A stretch of DNA of 64,000 nucleotides from positions 343,262 to 407,261 of the forward strand of contig NW_024055490.1 of the NCBI RefSeq assembly GCF_902713615.1, written 5' to 3'. Made by a program: the position numbers and the translations under genes. The notes under the pieces were generated by a model. The model saw only the letters and a list, made by a program, of their open reading frames with translations. It ran no database searches and was not told the origin of the DNA. Positions 60,573 through 64,000 of this stretch are shown piece by piece. Each line of letters opens with the position of its first letter. Position 1 is the first letter of the stretch. This stretch comes from Scyliorhinus canicula. Its lineage: Eukaryota.

Positions 60573-62300
60573 CTGTCTGCTAGAGAGAATGTGTGTGAGA
60601 GGGCTCTTGTTCCTGTGTGTGTTGGTGTGTGTCAGAGAGTATGTTTGTCTTTGTGCGAATGTGAGAGAGGGAAAGATTTTTTGGAAGACAGTGTGGATGT
60701 GTTTGTGCGAGAGAAAGAGCCTGTGAGTGTTTGAGAATGGATGTGTGTGTAGGTGTGTGTGAGAGAATGACTTTGTGAAAAGCAATGTGTGTTTGAGTGA
60801 ATGGCGTGTGTGTGTGTGAGAGAGAGAAAGGGAGCGAGAGAGAGACGGTGTGTGTGTGGATATGAGGGAGAGAGAGGCAGAGAAAGAGATAGACATTGTG
60901 TGTGCGTGGGGGGNNNNNNNNNNNNNNNNNNNNNNNNNNNNNNNNNNNNNNNNNNNNNNNNNNNNNNNNNNNNNNNNNNNNNNNNNNNNNNNNNNNNNNN
61001 NNNNNNNNNNNNNNNNNNNNNNNNNNNNNNNNNNNNNNNNNNNNNNNNNNNNNNNNNNNNNNNNNNNNNNNNNNNNNNNNNNNNNNNNNNNNNNNNNNNN
61101 NNNNGTGGGTATGAGGGAGAGGGAGAGAGACAGGAAGAGAGAGAAAGAGAGAGAGAGAGACTGTGTGTGTGTGTGGCGGGGGGTATGAGGGGGAGAGAGA
61201 TTCAGAGAGAGAGACTGTGTGCNNNNNNNNNNNNNNNNNNNNNNNNNNNNNNNNNNNNNNNNNNNNNNNNNNNNNNNNNNNNNNNNNNNNNNNNNNNNNN
61301 NNNNNNNNNNNNNNNNNNNNNNNNNNNNNNNNNNNNNNNNNNNNNNNNNNNNNNNNNNNNNNNNNNNNNNNNNNNNNNNNNNNNNNNNNNNNNNNNNNNN
61401 NNNNNNNNNNNNNNNNNNNNNNNNNNNNNNNNNNNNNNNNNNNNNNNNNNNNNNNNNNNNNNNNNNNNNNNNNNNNNNNNNNNNNNNNNNNNNNNNNNNN
61501 NNGGGGGGGTATGAGGGAGAGAGAGAGTGAGACTGTGTGTGTGTGGGAGTGAGGGAGAGAGAGAGGGAGACAGAGAGAGAAAGAGACTGTGTTTTTTGCA
61601 GTGTATTTGTGTGTGGGTGTGTGCAGAGAAGGATTTTGTGAAAAACTGTATGTTTGAGTGTGTCAGAGAGAGATAAACAGATAGAGAAAGAGGGGGTTTA
61701 GAGAGTGAAAGAGAGAGAGAGAGGGAGGGAGTGAGAGAGAGAGAAAGAAAGACAACGTGCGTTTAACAATGTGTTTGTGTGTCGGTGTCTCCGTGTGGGG
61801 ATATAACGATTTTGTGAAAAACTGTGGTTGAGTGTGCCAGACAGAGGGGGAGGGAGAGAGAGAAAGGGAGAAAGAGAGAGAGGGCGGGGGAAGAGACAGA
61901 GAGAGGGAGAGAGAGACTGTGTGTGTTTGATAATGTGTGTGTAAGTGCGTGTTTGGGAGAGAAATATCTTGTGAAAGACAGCATGTGTTTGAGTGTGTAT
62001 GTGTGACAGACAGAGAAAGAGAAAGAGAGCCCATATGTGTTTAGCAACGTGTCTGTGTGTTTGTGTGTGGGAGAGAACGGTTTTGTGAAAGACATTGCGT
62101 GTTTGAGAGAGAGTGTGTGTGTGGGAGCGAGAGAAAGAGCCTGTGTGTGGGGGAGAGAAAGATTTTTGACATTGTTTGTGTGTGAGTAAGAGAGAGAGAG
62201 GCAGACAGATGAGGGTGGGGGGGGGGGGGGGGGGGGGAGGAGGAGGGGGAAAGAACCTGTGTGTGTTTGACAATGTGTTTGTGTGTGGGTGTGAGAGAGC
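60573..62300. repeat. (GA)n/(GT)n low-complexity tract with assembly gaps
   Basis: N runs at 60914-61104 and 61223-61502. Confidence 0.9.
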
Positions 62301-64000
62301 AATATCTGTGGCACCATATCAAACATCAAGTTAAAGATTCACATTTCTCACAGATATAAGCCTTTTAAAGAAATCAAATTTCACTGGGAAATACAGGAGA
62401 ACGAAGCAGAAGGTTTACAACCAGTCAGGAAGATTCCTGGTCCCAACACAATGACCCCGCGCACAGAAACTGAACAAACACAAACGGTGCAACAATCGGG
62501 TTCCCAGCAGATAGATCTGTTCAATCTGCGAAATGCATTCAAATTGTTTGATTCCGATTGATCAGTAGCAGAATTGACCACAACAATAATTCTCTAACTT
62601 CTTCGAAATTAATTGATCATCATCTGAAAACTCCCTCAACTATTTGTCCCTTTCTTTCTCAAATTTCGAAATTTGGGCAAAACAGAATTTTGCTGAAAAT
62701 GAGCGCATCAAATATTACAGATTGAGAGGAGTAACAGAGTTTCAGGGACATGGTGAGAATTTTTAAAAAACTGGGAAACATTCACATTGAAAACCGATTG
62801 CCGGATGTATCTAATTTCTTAATTAAACTTGATCAACAACATAATCGAGGTGAAACATCCGAGTAAAGAAACGTATTCTTTGCAAAAAACATTTTTGATA
62901 CAATTTCAAATTCTTTGACAGCTTTGATATTTTGCGCAACAGTCTGAAAATCAATTGTCGGAGGTCATTAATATTTAATTAATTAGCAGTAGTATTATAT
63001 TGTAATTTATTGTTAATTGTCAGTTAGTTCTTCCATGAGGTGATGTGTACTCAATATTAAAACAATAAATAATTCAAACTTGTTTCTGCCTGGAACTTTG
63101 CTAAATAATTTAATTCAATCTTAAGCAGTGTTAAAGAAAACAATGTTGAATTTCTGGGTGGAAGTATTCAGACATGTTAGGTGAACACTCTGTGTGCCCG
63201 AACAGACGCTGGAGTGTGGCGTCTAGGGGATTTTCACAGTAACTTCATTGCAGTGTTAATTCAAGCCTACTTGTGACAATAATAAAGAATATTATTACTT
63301 TTAATTGAATATTTTACCTTTACTCCAACTACACTCTTTTAACCTACAAAAATGTTCAATATGCACATTTCAGAGCATGTTTATAAATCTTAAATTCCAT
63401 TTATTCTCAGAGTGTAATTCACATGATCAACTTATGAGTGGAGTATTTTAAATATTTTTAATCAGGTTGACATCGCAGTAACTGCGATCGGGACATGTAA
63501 CATCATCTGCTTGTTAAAGCAGGACTCCCGCGCGAAACTACATAGATAAATAAATAATGCCCCTGGCAGTTTGGGATCAATAAAGATGTTTCCTAGATTG
63601 AATGATTCAGACAATCCAAGCAATTTAATTATTAAAATAATGCTTCATTAAAGGAGATCCGAAATAATCAGCGTAAACCACAGTGAAAACAATTCATCCA
63701 GATCCTCTGCAGCACTCAAATATAATGTGCAAGTTAAGTCGAGATTTTCTGTTAAATTTAATATTTAAGAAGGATTAACCAAGGCTCAGATCAAATCTAT
63801 TCTTCTATTTTGCCATTTCTGTTTCCTATAATTCTATCCTATGTACAGCACAGAAATTGAGACAAGATGTTATTACTTATTGTCCAGCTAATTTTTATCT
63901 TCTGTGATTAAATTTATCTATTTGAATTTCAAGCCGTTACTTTTCAATCACTCGCCAAATGCAGTTAACCATCCGACAATTCAAGTCGAACCATATGAAC

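Noticed and set aside
60801-62329. ORFs spanning N runs and GA/GT repeats; also 42508-43011
   Set aside because: Gap and microsatellite artefacts
63472-63488. Perfect 8-bp hairpin ATCGCAGT-A-ACTGCGAT
   Set aside because: About one is expected by chance in 64 kb; no supporting context
63679-63720. CACAGTG heptamer as a possible RSS
   Set aside because: No ACAAAAACC-like nonamer at 12 or 22/23 nt, and no adjacent J/D coding motif

Overview
Vertebrate genomic DNA from a cartilaginous fish. This is inferred from the IgM sequence and shark-type V-SINE/CR1/Penelope repeats; a catshark-like source is a guess. The key locus is a complete, apparently intact IgM heavy-chain constant region on the minus strand. 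It has CH1 (48282-48581), CH2 (47776-48084), CH3 (46829-47137), CH4 plus secretory tail (44916-45307), TM1 (40739-40866) and TM2 (40591-40599), all with GT-AG junctions in compatible phases. I found no V, D or J segment, so the J-C intron seems to run past the window end (>15 kb). That intron holds a ~6 kb tandem array of a ~39-bp unit that is G-rich on the Ig sense strand and carries GAGCTGGGG/AGCT motifs, resembling a class-switch region. It also holds a Penelope-derived hairpin with two minimal hammerhead-ribozyme motifs and a ~4 kb 38-bp satellite that is G-rich on the opposite strand. The left 40 kb is a C2H2 zinc-finger gene cluster: two open genes, several relics and CpG-rich NRF1/CCAAT/YY1 promoters. 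It is densely filled with SINEs, CR1, L1 and Penelope elements and contains a tRNA-Val pseudogene. No prokaryotic features or CRISPR arrays are present.
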